The notes under the pieces: generated by a model
The model's input: the letters and a program-made list of their open reading frames with translations, nothing else
Told to the model about the DNA's origin: nothing
Databases searched by the model: none
Position numbers and translations under genes: made by a program
DNA from: Squalus acanthias
Lineage: Eukaryota
Direction of reading: 5' to 3'
Length of the DNA stretch: 64,000 nucleotides
Assembly (NCBI GenBank): GCA_030390025.1
Contig: JASTWF010000034.1
Span: forward strand, 124,001-188,000
Shown here: positions 45,565 to 58,600 of the stretch, one piece after another
Numbering within the stretch: position 1 is the stretch's first letter
Layout of the letters: every line of letters starts with the position of its first letter

Positions 45565-46170
45565 GTGTTGGAATTATCACATGTTGATTACCATCACACC
45601 CGCTCGGGATATAGAGGCGAAGGGGAGTATTGTATAGCCACCACAGAGACTGAGTACCAATATAGTAACCTTGTATGTGCAATCACAATGCCTAACTTCT
45701 GCTTTACGCCAAAAATCCCTGTGACAATTGGACACACCAGATTGGTGTATGTACATTCGAGGGAGGAGATAAAACTAAATGTGCCAGATAGTCTAAAGGA
45801 CGAGTTGGTTAATTATGAAGATCCGGTAGGGGCCCCAATACCCCGCCTGCAAGAGGATCTGCAAGAAATGAAAGAGGATTTAAGTAAGATGGTGAAACAA
45901 TACATAGTGTTACAAAGGAATCTTGGGGAATTAGAAAAGGACATAGAGGTAGAGCTACAGGAAGTCCCGTGGTATGAGAAGCAGTGGGATTGGGGAATGA
46001 ATGTCAACATACACCCATGGATCCGCATCATTTCTTATATATTAGTGATAGTACAGTTAGTCATGGCTATAGGATGGGGAATAGCAGCATGCGCCGCTTG
46101 TAAAAAGAAACGGACCAAACAAAGAGCTAAAGCGAGTCGGAAAGAGCTGGAAAACACAAGTTTGCTCTAA
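45565..46170 (+). CDS. Env-like C-terminal fragment (Cys-rich, coiled coil, TM, basic tail); broken copy at about 40945-41627
   Basis: YCIAT..C..NFCF, heptads LQEDLQEMKEDL, hydrophobic IISYILVIVQLVMAIG followed by CKKKR. Sits just before the PPT. Confidence 0.7.
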   Translation: MLELSHVDYHHTRSGYRGEGEYCIATTETEYQYSNLVCAITMPNFCFTPKIPVTIGHTRLVYVHSREEIKLNVPDSLKDELVNYEDPVGAPIPRLQEDLQEMKEDLSKMVKQYIVLQRNLGELEKDIEVELQEVPWYEKQWDWGMNVNIHPWIRIISYILVIVQLVMAIGWGIAACAACKKKRTKQRAKASRKELENTSLL

Positions 46171-47727
46171 ACATGATGGGTATGCAGGGCCTCCCGAACC
46201 AGCGACTGATCACCGCATGGGGCAGGAGGCACAGCGATGCTTATACATGTGGTTTAACTTGGGCAAGGGCCAAGTACCAAAAGGGGGGATTGCAGTGGGG
46301 AAAGAGTTAAACTGACATCGCTGGCAGTTTCACTGAATGGTGTAATAAAGACAATAATCTAATAGGCCTTTGCAGCAGTAAGCTTTTTCTAAATTGCTGA
46401 ACTGGCAGCTGAGATAACTTAAGATGATTGGAACCCTAAGAGGCCGAGAGGATGTAAGTCCTGTTCCGGCAGGAAGGTAAAACAATGGGTTAGAAGTAAA
46501 GAGGCTGAGAGGCAGGAAAGGAGGACAATGAGTCAGAAGTACAATGTTGATGAGACCCCATTTGGCATAAACAAAGGTCAGAGGTGCAACAACAGCTTGT
46601 GGGATAATGGACATATACTTTTCCGATAATAAAGGCGGCACTTTAATGTAACGCGGTATAGGCAACCAATCAGTGAAGATGCATGCGGGCCAAGGTCCAA
46701 TCAGGTGGCAGGAATGAATTTTGCATCAGCTGGACATATGTATTGTAATGTATAAAAATTTAGTGTTTGCTGTAACAATTTGGAGAGGTCCAGCTAAGAC
46801 AGAGTAGATTGTCTCCCCAACGACATGATTATAAATCCAAAAACCTTGTGTCGAGTGTTGGTTTAAAATAAGCCACAACAGGTAATAATCATGGGTGGTT
46901 TTAATCTCCATATTGATTGGACAAATCAAATTGGCCATGGTAGCTTTGAGGAGGAGTTCAAAGTGTGCATCCGGGATGGTTTCCTCGATCAGTATGTAAT
47001 GGAACCAACCAGGGAGCAGGCTATCTTGGATCTGGTACTGTGTAATGAGACAGAATTAATAAATGATCTCATAGTAAAGGATCCTCTAGGAAAGCGTGAT
47101 CATAGCATGGTTGAATTTCAAATTCAGTTGGAGGGTGAGAAAGTTGTATCTCAAACCAGTGTCCTGATCTTAAACAAAGGCAATTACAATGGCATGAGGG
47201 CAGAACTGCCTAAAGTGGACTGGAAAAATAAATTAAAGAGTAAGACAGTTGAAATGCAGTGGCAGACATTGAACAAAAATTTATTCCAGTGAGAAAGAAA
47301 GATTTTAAGAGAAGGGAGCACCATCCGTGGCTAACTAAGGAAGTAAAGGATGGTATCAAATTGAAAACAAAGGCATACAATGTTGCCAAGATTAGTGGGA
47401 GACCAGAGGATTGGGAATTTTTTAAAAACCAGCAAAGGATGGCTAAAAAAATAATAGAGAGAGAAGATGAATTATGAGAGTAAATTGGCAAGAAATATTA
47501 AAACAGATAGTAAGAGCTTCTACAGGTATATAAAAAGGAAGAGAGTAGCTAAAGTAAACGTTGGTCCCTCAGAGGATGAGACTGGGGAATTAATAATGGG
47601 GAACGGGGAAATGGCAGACACTCTGAACAAATATTTTGCATCTGTCTTCACGGTAGAAGACACTGACAACATCCCAAGAAAGGATAATCAAGGGGCCACA
47701 GGAAGGGGGGAACTAAATACAATCACT

Positions 47728-49089
47728 GGTAGGGAAATTATTGGAAAAAATTCTGAGGGACAGAATTAGTCTCCACTTGGAGTGGCAAGGATTAATCAAG
47801 GATAGTCAGCATGGCTTTGTCAGGGGGAGATCATGTCTAACCAATTTGATTGAATTTTTCGAGGGGGTGACTAGGTGTGTGGATGAGGGTAGTGTAGTTG
47901 ATGTAGTCTACATGGACTTCAGTGAGGCTTTAAACAAAGTTCCACATGGGAGACAGGTCAACAAGGTAAGAGCCCATGGGATCCAGGGCAATTTGGCACA
48001 TTGGATCCAAAATTGGCTTAGTGGCAGGAGGCAGAGGGTAATGGTCGAAGGTTGTTTTTGTGACTGGAAGCCTGTGTCCAGTGGTGTACCACAGGGATCA
48101 GTGCTGGGTCCTTTGCTATTTGTAGTGTACATTAATGATTTAGATATGAATTTAGGAGGTATGATCAGTAAGTTCGCAGATGACACGAAAATTGGTGGGG
48201 TGGTAAATAGCGAGGAGGGAAGCCTCAGGTTACAGGACGATATAGACGGGTTGGTCAGATGGGCAGAACAGTGGCAAATGGAATTTAACCCTGAAAAGTG
48301 TGAGGTGATGTATTTTGGGAGGACGAACAAGTCAAGGGAATACACAATGAATGGTAGGACCCGAGGAAGGACAGAGGATCAGAGGGACCTTGTTGTGCAT
48401 GTACATAGATCCCTGAAGGCAGCAGGACAGGTAGATAAGGTGGTTAAAAAGGCATATGGGATACTTGCCTTCATTAGCTGAGGCATAGAATATAAGAGCA
48501 GGGAGGTTATGATGGAGCTGTACAAAATGCTAGTTAGGCCACAGCTGGAATACTGTGTGCAGTTCTGGTCGCCACACTATAGGAAGGATGTGATTGCATT
48601 GGAGATGGTGCAGAGGAGATTCACCAGGATGTTACCTGGGCTGGAGCGCTTCAGCTATGAAGAGAGACTGGACAGGCTGGGGTTGTTTTCCTTAGAGCAG
48701 AGAAGGCTGAGGGGGGACCTGATTGAAGTGTACAAAATTATGAGGGGCATAGATAGGGTAGATAGAAAGGAACTTTTCCCCTTAGTAGAGGGGTCAATAA
48801 CCAGGGGACATAGTTTCAAGGTAAGGGGCAGGAGGTTTAGAAGGGATTTGAGGAAAGACTTTTTCACCCAGAGGGTGGTTGGAATCTGGAACTCACTGCC
48901 TGAAAGGGCAGTAGAGGCAGGAAACCTCACAACATTCAAGAAGCATTTAGATGAGCACTTGAAACGCCATAGCATACAAGGCTACGGACCAAGTGCTGGA
49001 AAATGGGATTAGAATAGACAGGGCTTGATGGCCGGCGAGGACACAATGGGCCAAAGGGCCTCTTTCTGTCCTGTATAACTCTATGACTG
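47728..49089 (+). mobile_element. CR1 family B, 5'-truncated, nested in the host CR1
   Basis: Near-identical to about 3170-4520. Possible TSD tcact (47723-47727 and 49090-49094). Confidence 0.88.
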
Positions 49090-50739
49090 TCACTAAGGAA
49101 AAATTCTTGGTAAAATAATGGGACTAAAAGTGGACAAGTCCCCTGGACCGGATAGCCTGCATCCCAGGGTCTTAAAAGAAGTGGCTGCAGAGATAGTGGA
49201 TGCATTGGTTGCAATATACCAAAATTCCCTGGACTCTGGAGAGGTCCCAGCGTATTGGAAAACAGCAAATGTAACACCCCTATTTAAGAAAGGAGGGAGA
49301 CAGAAAGCAGGAAACTATAGACCAATTAGCCTAACATCTGTCGTTGGGAAAATGCTGGAGTCCTTGATTAAGGAAGCAGTAGCAGGACATTTAGAAAATC
49401 ATAATGCAGTCAAGCAGAGTCAGCATGGTTTTATGAAAGGGAAATTGTGTTTAACAAATTTGCTGGAGTTCTTTGAGGATGTAACGAGCAGGGTGGTCAA
49501 AGGTGAGCCAGTGGATGTGGTGTATTTGGATTTCCAGAAGGCATTCGATAAGGTGCCACATAAAAGGTTACTGCATAAGATAAGAGCTCACGGAGTTGGG
49601 GGTAATATATTAGCGTGGATAGAGAATTGGCTAACTAACAGAAAGCAGAGAGTCGGGATAAATGGGTCATTTTCCGGTTGGCAAGCGGTAACTAGTGGGG
49701 TGCCACAAGGATCGGTGCTGGGGCCTCAACTATTTACAATCTACATTAATGACTTGGATGAAGGGACCGAGTGTAATGTAGCCAAGTTTGCGGATGATAC
49801 AAGGATGGGTGGGAAAGCAAGTTGTGCAGAGGACTCAAAGAATCTGCAAAGGGATATAGACAGGCTAAGTGAGTGGGCAAACATTTGGCAGATGGAGTAT
49901 AATGTGGGAAAGTGCGAGGTTATACACTTTGGCAGGAAAAATAAAAAAGCAAATTATTATTTAAATGGAGATTACAAAATGCTACAGTTCAGAGGGACCT
50001 GGGGGTCCTTGTGCATGAAACACAAAAAGTTAGCATGCAGGTACAGCAAGTAATCAAAAAGGCAAATGGAATGTTGGCTTTTATTTCAAGGGGGTTGGAG
50101 TATAAAAGCAGGGAAGTCCTGCTACAACTGTACAGGGTATTGGTGAGACCACACCTTGAATACTGCGTACAGTTTTGGTCTCCTTATTTGGTCTCTGAAC
50201 TGCATTGGAGGCAGTTCAGAGATGATTCACTAGGTTAATTCCAGAGATGAGGGGGTTGACTTATGAGGAAAGGTTGAGCAGGTTGGGCCTATACTCATTG
50301 GAATTTAGAAGAATGAGAGGTGATCTTATTCAAACATATAAGATACTGAGGGGGCTCGACAAGGTAGATGTAGAGAGGAATGTTTCCCCTCGTGGGGAAA
50401 TCTAGAACTCGGGGGCACAGTCTCAGAATAAAGGGTCGCCCTTTTAGAACTGAGATGAGGAAGAATTTCTTCTCTCAGAGGGTCGTAAATCTGTGGAATT
50501 CTCTGCCCCAGAGAGCTGTGGAGGCTGGGTCATTAAATACATTTAAGGTGGAGATAGACAGATTTTTCAAGTTAAGGGAGTGAAGGGTTATGGGGAGCGG
50601 GCAGGGAAGTGGCTTTGAGCCCAAGATCAGCCATGATCTTATTGAATGGCGGAGCAGGCTCGAGGGGCCAAGTGGCCTGTTCCTGCTCCTATTTCTTATT
50701 CACTAATTTGGTCTTTCAATGGGGGGCTTTTACCCAGCA

Positions 50740-51130
50740 TGCCCCGCGGTGGAGAATGTGCCGCACCCAGACAACAGGCGCCCAACGCGCAGGCGCGGCA
50801 CGTATATTGAGCATGCGCAGTGCAGTGTACGGGAGATGGACAGACGGAGGAACAGCAGCCGGAATCGCGCTTCGGCAGCGGGTAAGAATCGGTGGCCGCA
50901 GCGGAGCAATGGACTGCTAGGTAGGTGAGGAGGCTTCCTAAATAACTGGGGTAGGCCGCAAGTCCCGAATAGTAACCTAAAGATCGAGTGTTTGCAGCTG
51001 CGGGGGCGGAAAGTTCCAGAGCGACGCCATTTTGATTCAGTGTGGAACAGAGCGCATGCGCGGCCATGTTACCTACAGTGGGCGGGGCTTCAGTGTCTGC
51101 TTCCATCCGGGTCTCAGTGCCCGGGAGAGA
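50740..51130 (+). promoter_or_regulatory. CpG-island promoter and first exon of ZNF copy 4
   Basis: CpG-rich, NRF1-like gcgcatgcgc, YY1-like cgccatttt and splice-donor-like gcgg|gtaaga at about 50881. Confidence 0.6.
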
Positions 51131-51254
51131 CAATCAAAGTCTCAGTTATTTTATTCTCAGTCTCCACACAGGGGATTTCTTACCATCTCTCCTGAAGGCG
51201 CTGGGAAGTGCCAAGCTCAGAGTTTACATGCCGTAGGATTGTAAGAGAAGAGCC

Positions 51255-51690
51255 CCAGAAGGTTGTGGGTTAAAATCCCACTCCAGGGACTGGAGCGCAA
51301 AAATCTAGACTGACGCTCCAGTGCAGTGCTGAGGGAGTGCTGCACTGTCAGAGGTGCCGTTTTTTTAGATGCGACGTTAAACGAGGCCCCGTCTGCCCCC
51401 TCAGGTGGAAGTAAAAGATCCCTTGGCACTGTTTCGAACAAGAGCAGGGGAGTTATCCCCGGTGTCCTGGCCAATATTTATCTCTCAATCAACATCATAA
51501 AAAAAAACCCAGATTATCTGGTCATTATCACATTGCTGTTTGTGGCAGCTTGCTGTGCACAAACTGGCTGCTGCCTGTTCGACACTGCAACAGTGACTAC
51601 ACTTCAAAAAGTACTTCATTGGCTATAAATCGCTTTGGGACGTCCAAGGTCGTGAAAGGCGCCATAGAAATACAAATCTTTTGTTCTTTC
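51255..51690 (+). mobile_element. Deu-domain SINE (SacSINE1/AmnSINE-like), 5'-truncated
   Basis: cagtgcagtgctgagggagtgctgcactgtcagaggtgccg...gaggccccgtctgcccc core with an L2-like 3' tail. Confidence 0.75.
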
Positions 51691-51701
51691 AGAGCTGTGC
51701 T

Positions 51702-52733
51702 CCCATGTCCAGTCCCAGGGTAAGAATCCCCATGTCCAGTCCCAGGGTTAGAATCCCCATGTCCAGTCCCATGGTTAGAATCCCCATGTCCAGTCCCAGG
51801 GTTAGAATCCCCATGTACAGTCCCAGGGTTAGAATCACCATGCACAGTCCCAGGGTTAGAATCCCCATGTACAGTCCCAGGGTCAGAATCCCCATGTACA
51901 GTCCCAGGGTCAGAATCCCCATGTACAGTCCCAGGGTTAGAATCCCCATGTACAGTCCCAGGGTTAGAATCCCCATGTACAGTCCCAGGGTTAGAATCCC
52001 CATGTACAGTCCCAGGGTTAGAATCCCCATGTACAGTCCCAGGGTTGGAATCCCCATGTACAGTCCCAGGGTTGGAATCCCCATGTGCAGTCCCAGGGTT
52101 GGAATCCCCATGTACAGTCCCAGGGTTAGAATCCCCATGTACAGTCCCAGGGTTAGAATCCCCATGTACAGTCCCAGGGTTAGAATCCCCATGTACAGTC
52201 CCAGGGTTAGAATCCCCATGTACAGTCCCAGGGTTAGAATCCCCATGTACAGTCCCAGGGTTAGAATCCCCATGTACAGTCCCAGGGTTAGAATCCCCAT
52301 GTACAGTCCCAGGGTTAGAATCACCATGTACAGTCCCAGGGTTAGAATCACCATGTACAGTCCCAGGGTTAGAATCCCCATGTACAGTCCCAGGGTTAGA
52401 ATCCCCATGTACAGTCCCAGGGTTGGAATCCCCATGTACAGTCCCAGGGTTGGAATCCCCATGTACAGTCCCAGGGTTAGAATCCCCATGTACAGTCCCA
52501 GGGCTGGAATCCCCATGTACAGTCCCAGGGTTAGAATCCCCATGTACAGTCCCAGGGGGTTAGAATCCCCATGCACAGTCCCAGGGTTAGAATCCCCGTG
52601 TACAGTCCCAGGGTCAGAATCCCTGTGTACAGTCCCAGGGTCAGAATCCCCGTGTACAGTCCCAGGGTCAGAATCCCCATGTACAGTCCCAGGGTTAGAA
52701 TCCCCATGTACAGTCCCAGGGCTGGAATCCCCA
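51702..52733. repeat. 27-bp tandem repeat, about 38 copies
   Basis: Unit ccccatgtacagtcccagggttagaat. Confidence 0.95.
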
Positions 52734-53184
52734 CGTGTGAAAGAACGTTGTATAGAAACCAGAATTGTCTGTTTTGAATTTCTATCCTGTACTTACAGTG
52801 ATGACTTTTGTAAACTCTTTTTACAGGGTGTGAGAAGGGGAGGATTTGCAGATGGGAAACTCAAACCAAACATCACAACAAGATCTGACAGAGTCACTCA
52901 ATTCATCAGGGTTGAATATCATCGACCTTTGAATGTGAGAAATGCTTGTCTGTTCTGTCTGTGGGGAAAAATTTCAAACATCAGTGTGACTGGAAAAGCA
53001 CCGAGACACACACACCCGAGTGAGAGTGTTCCAGTGCACTGACTGTGGAAAGAGCTTTAACCAGTTACACAGCCTGAAAAATACTCGCACCATTCACAGC
53101 GGAGAGAAAACGTACACGTGTTCTGTGTGTGGACGAGGCTTCAACTGATCGTCCAACCTGGAGAGATACAAGGACACCCGCACC

Positions 53185-53997
53185 ATGGAGAAACTGTGGC
53201 AATGTGGGGACTGTGGGAAGGGATTCAGCTCCCCATCCCACCTGGAAATTCATCGACGCAGTCACACTGGGGAGAGGCCGTTCACCTGCTCAGTGTGTGG
53301 GAAGGGATTCGCTCAGTCATCCAACCTGCTGAGACACCGGCAAGTTCACACTGGGGAGAGGCCGTTCACCTGCTCCGTGTGTGGGAAGGGATTCACTAAT
53401 TCAGCCCACCATCTGAGACACCAGCGAGTTCACACTGACGAGAGACCTTTTAAATGCTCCGACTGTGTGAACTGCTTTAAAAGCTCTGAGGAACTGATTC
53501 AGCACCAGCGAGTTCACACTGACGATAAACCATTCAGTTGCTCTCACTGTGGGAAAAGCTTCAGGCAGTCATTCAATCTCATTGTACACCAGCGCACTCA
53601 CACTGGGGAGAGGCCGTTCACCTGCTCCGTGTGTGGGAAGGGATTCACTCAGTCATCCAACCTGCTGACACACCAGCCAGTTCACACTGGGGAGAGGCCG
53701 TTCACCTGCTCCGTGTGTGGGAAGGGATTTACTCGATCATCCAGCCTGCTGACACACCAACGAATTCACACTGGGGAGAGGCCGTTCACCTGCTCCGTGT
53801 GTGGGAAGGGTTTCTCTCGATCGTCCAGCCTGCTCACTCACCAGCGAGTTCACACTGAGGAGAGGCCGTTCACCTGCTCCGTGTGTGGGAAGGGATTCAC
53901 ACATTTATCCAGCATGCTGAGACACCAGCGAGTTCACAAGTCACTGCAGGGGTTGGATTCTGCTGTTATTGCTGCTGTTAATCACATCCAGGACTGA
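53185..53997 (+). CDS. C2H2 zinc-finger protein copy 4 (9 fingers, extended C-terminus)
   Basis: Intact ORF MEKLWQC..., acceptor ttttacag at about 52826. The paralogous stop TGA is TCA here. Confidence 0.88.
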   Translation: MEKLWQCGDCGKGFSSPSHLEIHRRSHTGERPFTCSVCGKGFAQSSNLLRHRQVHTGERPFTCSVCGKGFTNSAHHLRHQRVHTDERPFKCSDCVNCFKSSEELIQHQRVHTDDKPFSCSHCGKSFRQSFNLIVHQRTHTGERPFTCSVCGKGFTQSSNLLTHQPVHTGERPFTCSVCGKGFTRSSSLLTHQRIHTGERPFTCSVCGKGFSRSSSLLTHQRVHTEERPFTCSVCGKGFTHLSSMLRHQRVHKSLQGLDSAVIAAVNHIQD

Positions 53998-54486
53998 ACC
54001 GTGTTCATTCTGACAGTTGGGGTTTGTTTCTGCTGATGTTAACTCTATAACTGGCTGGAGTTTAATATTCTGGATTTATAGCTGATTGACTTGTTGGGGC
54101 TGCAGTGTCCCTTTAAGAACCGTTGTCTGTGATCGTTCCCGTTAATTCAGGACTTTCATAAGAAATTATTTGACAATAAAATTATGAATTTTACTTTAAC
54201 CCTAAATTGACCTTTGGTACAAAATCTACAATTTATTGTCTGAAAAGTTCCACTGATTAACACCTCCAATTAGAAAGTGCTGATTAATCCTCGCTGACAA
54301 TTCTTACTGACTTGCACATTACACACAGTGGCACCTCCATTATCCACCAGAAAGAAGGGGAATGGGAATTGGTGGCGAATCGAGAGTCCCCAAATGTTGC
54401 CCCTCCCGTCTGGTACAGCAATCCCCTCAGCACGGGAATGGAGTCAAGTCCAGTTATAGTAACGGGATGAGTTTAATCTTTCTGGG

Positions 54487-54675
54487 CGTGTGGGATTGGC
54501 TTATATCAGACTGGAGGAGATTGGTGTCAGTGACTGTGGGGTTGGTTTATATCAGACAGGAGGAGATTGGTGTCAGTGACTGTGGGATTGGTTTATATCA
54601 GACTGGAGGAGATTGGTTTCAGTGACTGTGGGGTTGGTTTATATCAGACAGGAGGAGATTGGTGTTAGTGACTGT
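54487..54675. repeat. 46-bp tandem repeat, about 4 copies
   Basis: Unit tgtgggrttggtttatatcagacwggaggagattggtgtcagtgac. Confidence 0.85.
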
Positions 54676-54785
54676 ACCTAACCTGTGCTGTACCTGCCCT
54701 CGCAGTGTTTGATGGGACAGTGTAGAGGGAGCTTTACTCTGTATCTTACCCGTGCTGTACCTGCCCTGGGCTTGTTTGATGGGAC

Positions 54786-55180
54786 TTGGAAGAATGAGAG
54801 GTGATCTCATTGAAACATATAAGACTCTGAGTGGGATTGACAGGGTAGATGCTGAGAGGTTGTTTCTCCTGACTGGAGAGTCTAGAACTAGGGGCATAGT
54901 CTCAGGATAAGGGGTCAGCCATATAAGACAGATGAGGAGGAATTTCTTCACTCAGAGGGTTGTGAATCTTTGGAATTCTCTTCCCCAAAGGGCTGTGGAT
55001 GCTGAATCGTTGAGTATATTCAAGGCTGAGATAGATTTTTGGACTCTAGGGGAATCAAGGGATATGGAGATCGGTCAGGAAAGTGGAGTTGAGGTCGATG
55101 ATCAGCAATGATCTTATTGAATGGCGGAGCAGGCTCGAGGGGCCGTGTGGCCCACTCCTGCTCCTAATTCTTATGTTCTT
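54786..55180 (+). mobile_element. CR1 3' fragment
   Basis: RMRGDLIETYK..., 3' hairpin and ttcttatgttctt tail. Confidence 0.82.
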
Positions 55181-55629
55181 AAGCTGACCACTGTGTTTTT
55201 ATTCATTCACAGGATGTGGGCACCGCCAGCAAGGCCAGTATTTATTGCCCATCTCTAATTGCCCTCGAAGGTGGTGGTGAGCCGCCTTCTGAATACAACT
55301 GAGTGACTCGCTGGGCCATTTCAGAGAGCAGTTAAGAGTCAACCACATTGCTGTGGGTCTGGAGTCACCGATAGGCCGGGCCAGGTAAGGACGGCAGATT
55401 TCCATCCCTAAAGGACATTAGTGAACCAGATGGGTTTTTACGACAATCCGATCGTTTCATGGTCACCATTACTGATACAAACTTTTCACTGCAGATTTAT
55501 TTAATGTTGTACTTCATCTTTTTCTGGTGAATGAAACATCTTTAAAATCTGAGACAGTACGTTGTGAAACAAAGAGCCTTGTGTCCAATAAGGGGAATAA
55601 AGGTCCACAGACTCACCTGGCCCCGGGCC

Positions 55630-58600
55630 CGGAACATTCTGAGGGGCGAGGGTGAACAGCCAGAGGTCGTGGTCCATATCAGTACCAACGACATAGGTAG
55701 AAAGAGGGATGAGGTCCTGCAGGCAGATTTTAGGGCGCTAGGAGAGATTAAAAAGCAGGATCTCAAAGGTAGTAATCTCCGGATTACTCCCGGTGCCACA
55801 CGCTCGTGGGTATAGAAATAGAAGGATAGAACAGATGAATGTGTGGCTGGAGAGAAGGTGCAGAAGGGAGGGCTTTAGATTCCTGAGGCATTGGGACTGG
55901 GTCTGGGGGAGGTGGGACCTGTATAGGCCCGAAGGCTTGCACCTCAACAGGGCCGGAACCAATATCCTCACGGGGAGGTTTGCTGGTGCTGTTGGGGAGG
56001 GTTTAAACTAATTTGTCAGGGGGATGGGCACCAGGATGAAACATTAGAAAGGGGAAGTAAAGTGCTCACAGGATTGGGAGAGGCAGAGAGCACTAAAGTA
56101 AGATATAGTGAGGTATTAGGTGGGGTCAAACTAAGAGAGAATGCAGGATGGTCTAAGATGGGTTCACAGTGTTTGTATGTGAACGCACGAAGCGTAGTAA
56201 ACAAGGTCAGTGAGCTGCAGGCACAAATAGCCACATGGGAATATGATGGTGTGGCAATAACTGAGACCTGGCTCAAAAAAGGGCAGGATTGGGTATTAAA
56301 TATTCCTGGTTATAGAGTGTTCAGGAAAGATAGGGAAGGAAAGGTCGGAGGTGGTGTGGCAGTATTGGTCAAGGAGAATGTTACAGTGCTGGAGAGGGAG
56401 GATGTTCTGGAGGGGTCAAGGACAGAATCTATATGGCTAGAGTTAAATAGGTGCCATTACACTACTAGGTGTATTCTATAGACCACCAACTAGTGGGAAA
56501 GATATGGAGGAGCAAATTTGCAGGGAAATTACAGAGAGGTTCAAGAACTATAGAGTAGTAATAATGGGGGACTTCAACTATCCTAATATAGACTGGGATA
56601 GTAATAGTGTTAAAGGCAGAGAAGGGGAAGAATTTCTGAAGTGTGTTCAGGAGAACTTTCTTGATCAGTATGTTTCCGGCCCGACGAGGGAGGAGGCATT
56701 GCTGGACCTGGTTCTGGGGAATGAGGTGGGTCAAGTGGAGCAAGTGTCAGTCGGGGAACATTTAGGGAACAGTGATCATAGTATCATAAGGTTTAGATTA
56801 GCTATGGAAAAGGACAGGGAGCAATCTAGAGTAAAAATGTTTAACTGGGGGAAGGCCAATTTCAGTGGGATGAGAATGGATCTGGCCCGGGTAAACTGGA
56901 ATCAAAGATTAGCAGCAAAACTGTAATGGAACAATGGGCTGCCTTTAAAGAGGAAATAGTTCAGGTACAGTTGAGGTACATTCCCACTAGGGGGAAAGTC
57001 AGGGCTCCCTGGATGACGAAAGAGTTAGAGAATATGATGAAGCAGAAAAAGAGTGCGTATGACAGATGTCCGGTTGCAAATACAACTGAGAATCAGGCTA
57101 AATATAGAAAGGGCAGAGGAGAAGTGAAAAAGAAAATAAGAGGGGCAAAGCGAGGGTATGAGAATAGAATGGCAGCCACTATAAAAGGTAATCCAAAAGC
57201 CTTCTATAGGCATTTAAATAGTAAACGGGTAGTAAGAGGAGGGGTGGGCCAATTAGGGACCAAAAAGGAGACCTATGCATGGAGGCAGAGGGCATGGCTG
57301 AGGCACTAAACGAGTATTTTGCATCTGTCTTCACCAAGGAAGAGGATGCTGCCATAGACATAGTGAAGGAGGAGGTAGTGGAGACACTTGATAGGATAAA
57401 AATTGATAAAGAGGTATTGGAAAGGCTGGCTGTACTTAAAGTAGATAAATCACCAGGAGCGGATGGGATGCATCCTAGGATGCTGAGGGAATTGAGGGAG
57501 GAAATCGCGGAGGTACTGGCCATAATATTCCAATCCTCCTTGATACGGGGGTGGTGCCAGAGGACTGGAGAATTGCAAATGTTACACCCTTGTTCAAAAA
57601 AGGGTGTAAAGATAAACCCAGCAACTACAGGCCAGTCAGTTTGACCTCGGTAGTGGGGAAGCTTTTAGAAACAGTAATCAGGGACAAAATTAACAGTCAC
57701 TTGGATAGGTGTGGATTAATTAAGGAAAGCCAGCACAGATTTGTTAAAGACAAATCGTGTTTAACTAACTTGACTGAGTTCTTTGATGAGGTAACAGAGA
57801 GGGTTGATGAGGGTAATGCGGTTAACGTGGTGTACATGGATTTCCAGAAGGCGTTCGACAAAGTGCCACATAATAGGCTTGCCAGTAAAGTTGAAGCCCA
57901 TGAAATAAAAGGGACAGTGGCAGCATGGATAAGAAATTGGCTAAGTGACAGAAAACAGAGAGTAGTGGTGAACGGTTGTTTTTCGGACTGGAGGAAGGTA
58001 CACAGTGGTGTTCCCCAGGGGTCGGTTCTAGGACCACTGCTTTTCTTGATTATATATTAATTGGATGTGGGTGTACAGGCACATTTCAAAATTTGCAGAT
58101 GACACAAAACTTGGAAGTTTCGTGAACAGTGAGGAGGATAGTGATAGACTTCAGGAAGACATAGACAGGCTGGTGAAATGGGCGGACACGTGGTAAATGA
58201 AATTTAACGCAGAAAAGTGTGAAGTGATACATTTTGGTAGAAAGAATGGGGAGAGGCAATATAAACTAAATGGTACAATCCTAAAGGGGGTGCACAGAGA
58301 GACCTGGGGGTCTGTGTGCACAAATCGTTGAAGGTGGCAGGGCAGGTTGAGAAAACAGTTAAAAAGGCATACAGGATCCTGGGCTTCATAAATAGAGGTA
58401 TAGAGTACAAAAGTGTGGAAATTATGATGAACCTTTATAAAACACTGGTTCAACCCCAACTGGAGTACAGTGTCCAATTCTGGGCACCGCACTTTAGGAA
58501 GGATGTGAAGGCCTTAGAGAAGGTGCAGAAAAGATTTACGAGAATGATTCCAGGAATGTGGGACTTCAGTTACGTGGATAGACTGGAGAAGCTGGGGTTG

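Larger units (their letters stand above)
37620..46880 (+). mobile_element. Tandem defective endogenous retrovirus, LTR-int-LTR-int-LTR, 5-bp TSD GGTAA
   Basis: LTRs at 37620-38225, 41748-42350 and 46291-46880 (TG...CA). GGTAA at 37615-37619 and 46881-46885. PPT aaaagggggg(g) before LTR2 and LTR3. RT (LDIANGFWSIP, VPQGF, FVDD), RNase H (SAQVAEL, YTDSRYAF), integrase (H-H-CxxC, QIDFTG, IDSDQG) and an env-like C-terminus. Confidence 0.93.
36879..50700 (+). mobile_element. Host CR1 (end of ORF1 to 3' tail) split by the ERV (37620-46880) and by a CR1-B copy (47728-49089)
   Basis: DGLHLN...ALN*, APE 37074-37619 resuming at 46881 (IIMGGFNL), RT 49118-50053, tail near 50700. Confidence 0.85.

Noticed and set aside
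51681..53042. 453-aa repetitive ORF (MYSPRVRIP)n and its overlapping frames
   Set aside because: Artefact of a stop-free 27-bp tandem repeat that is open in several frames.
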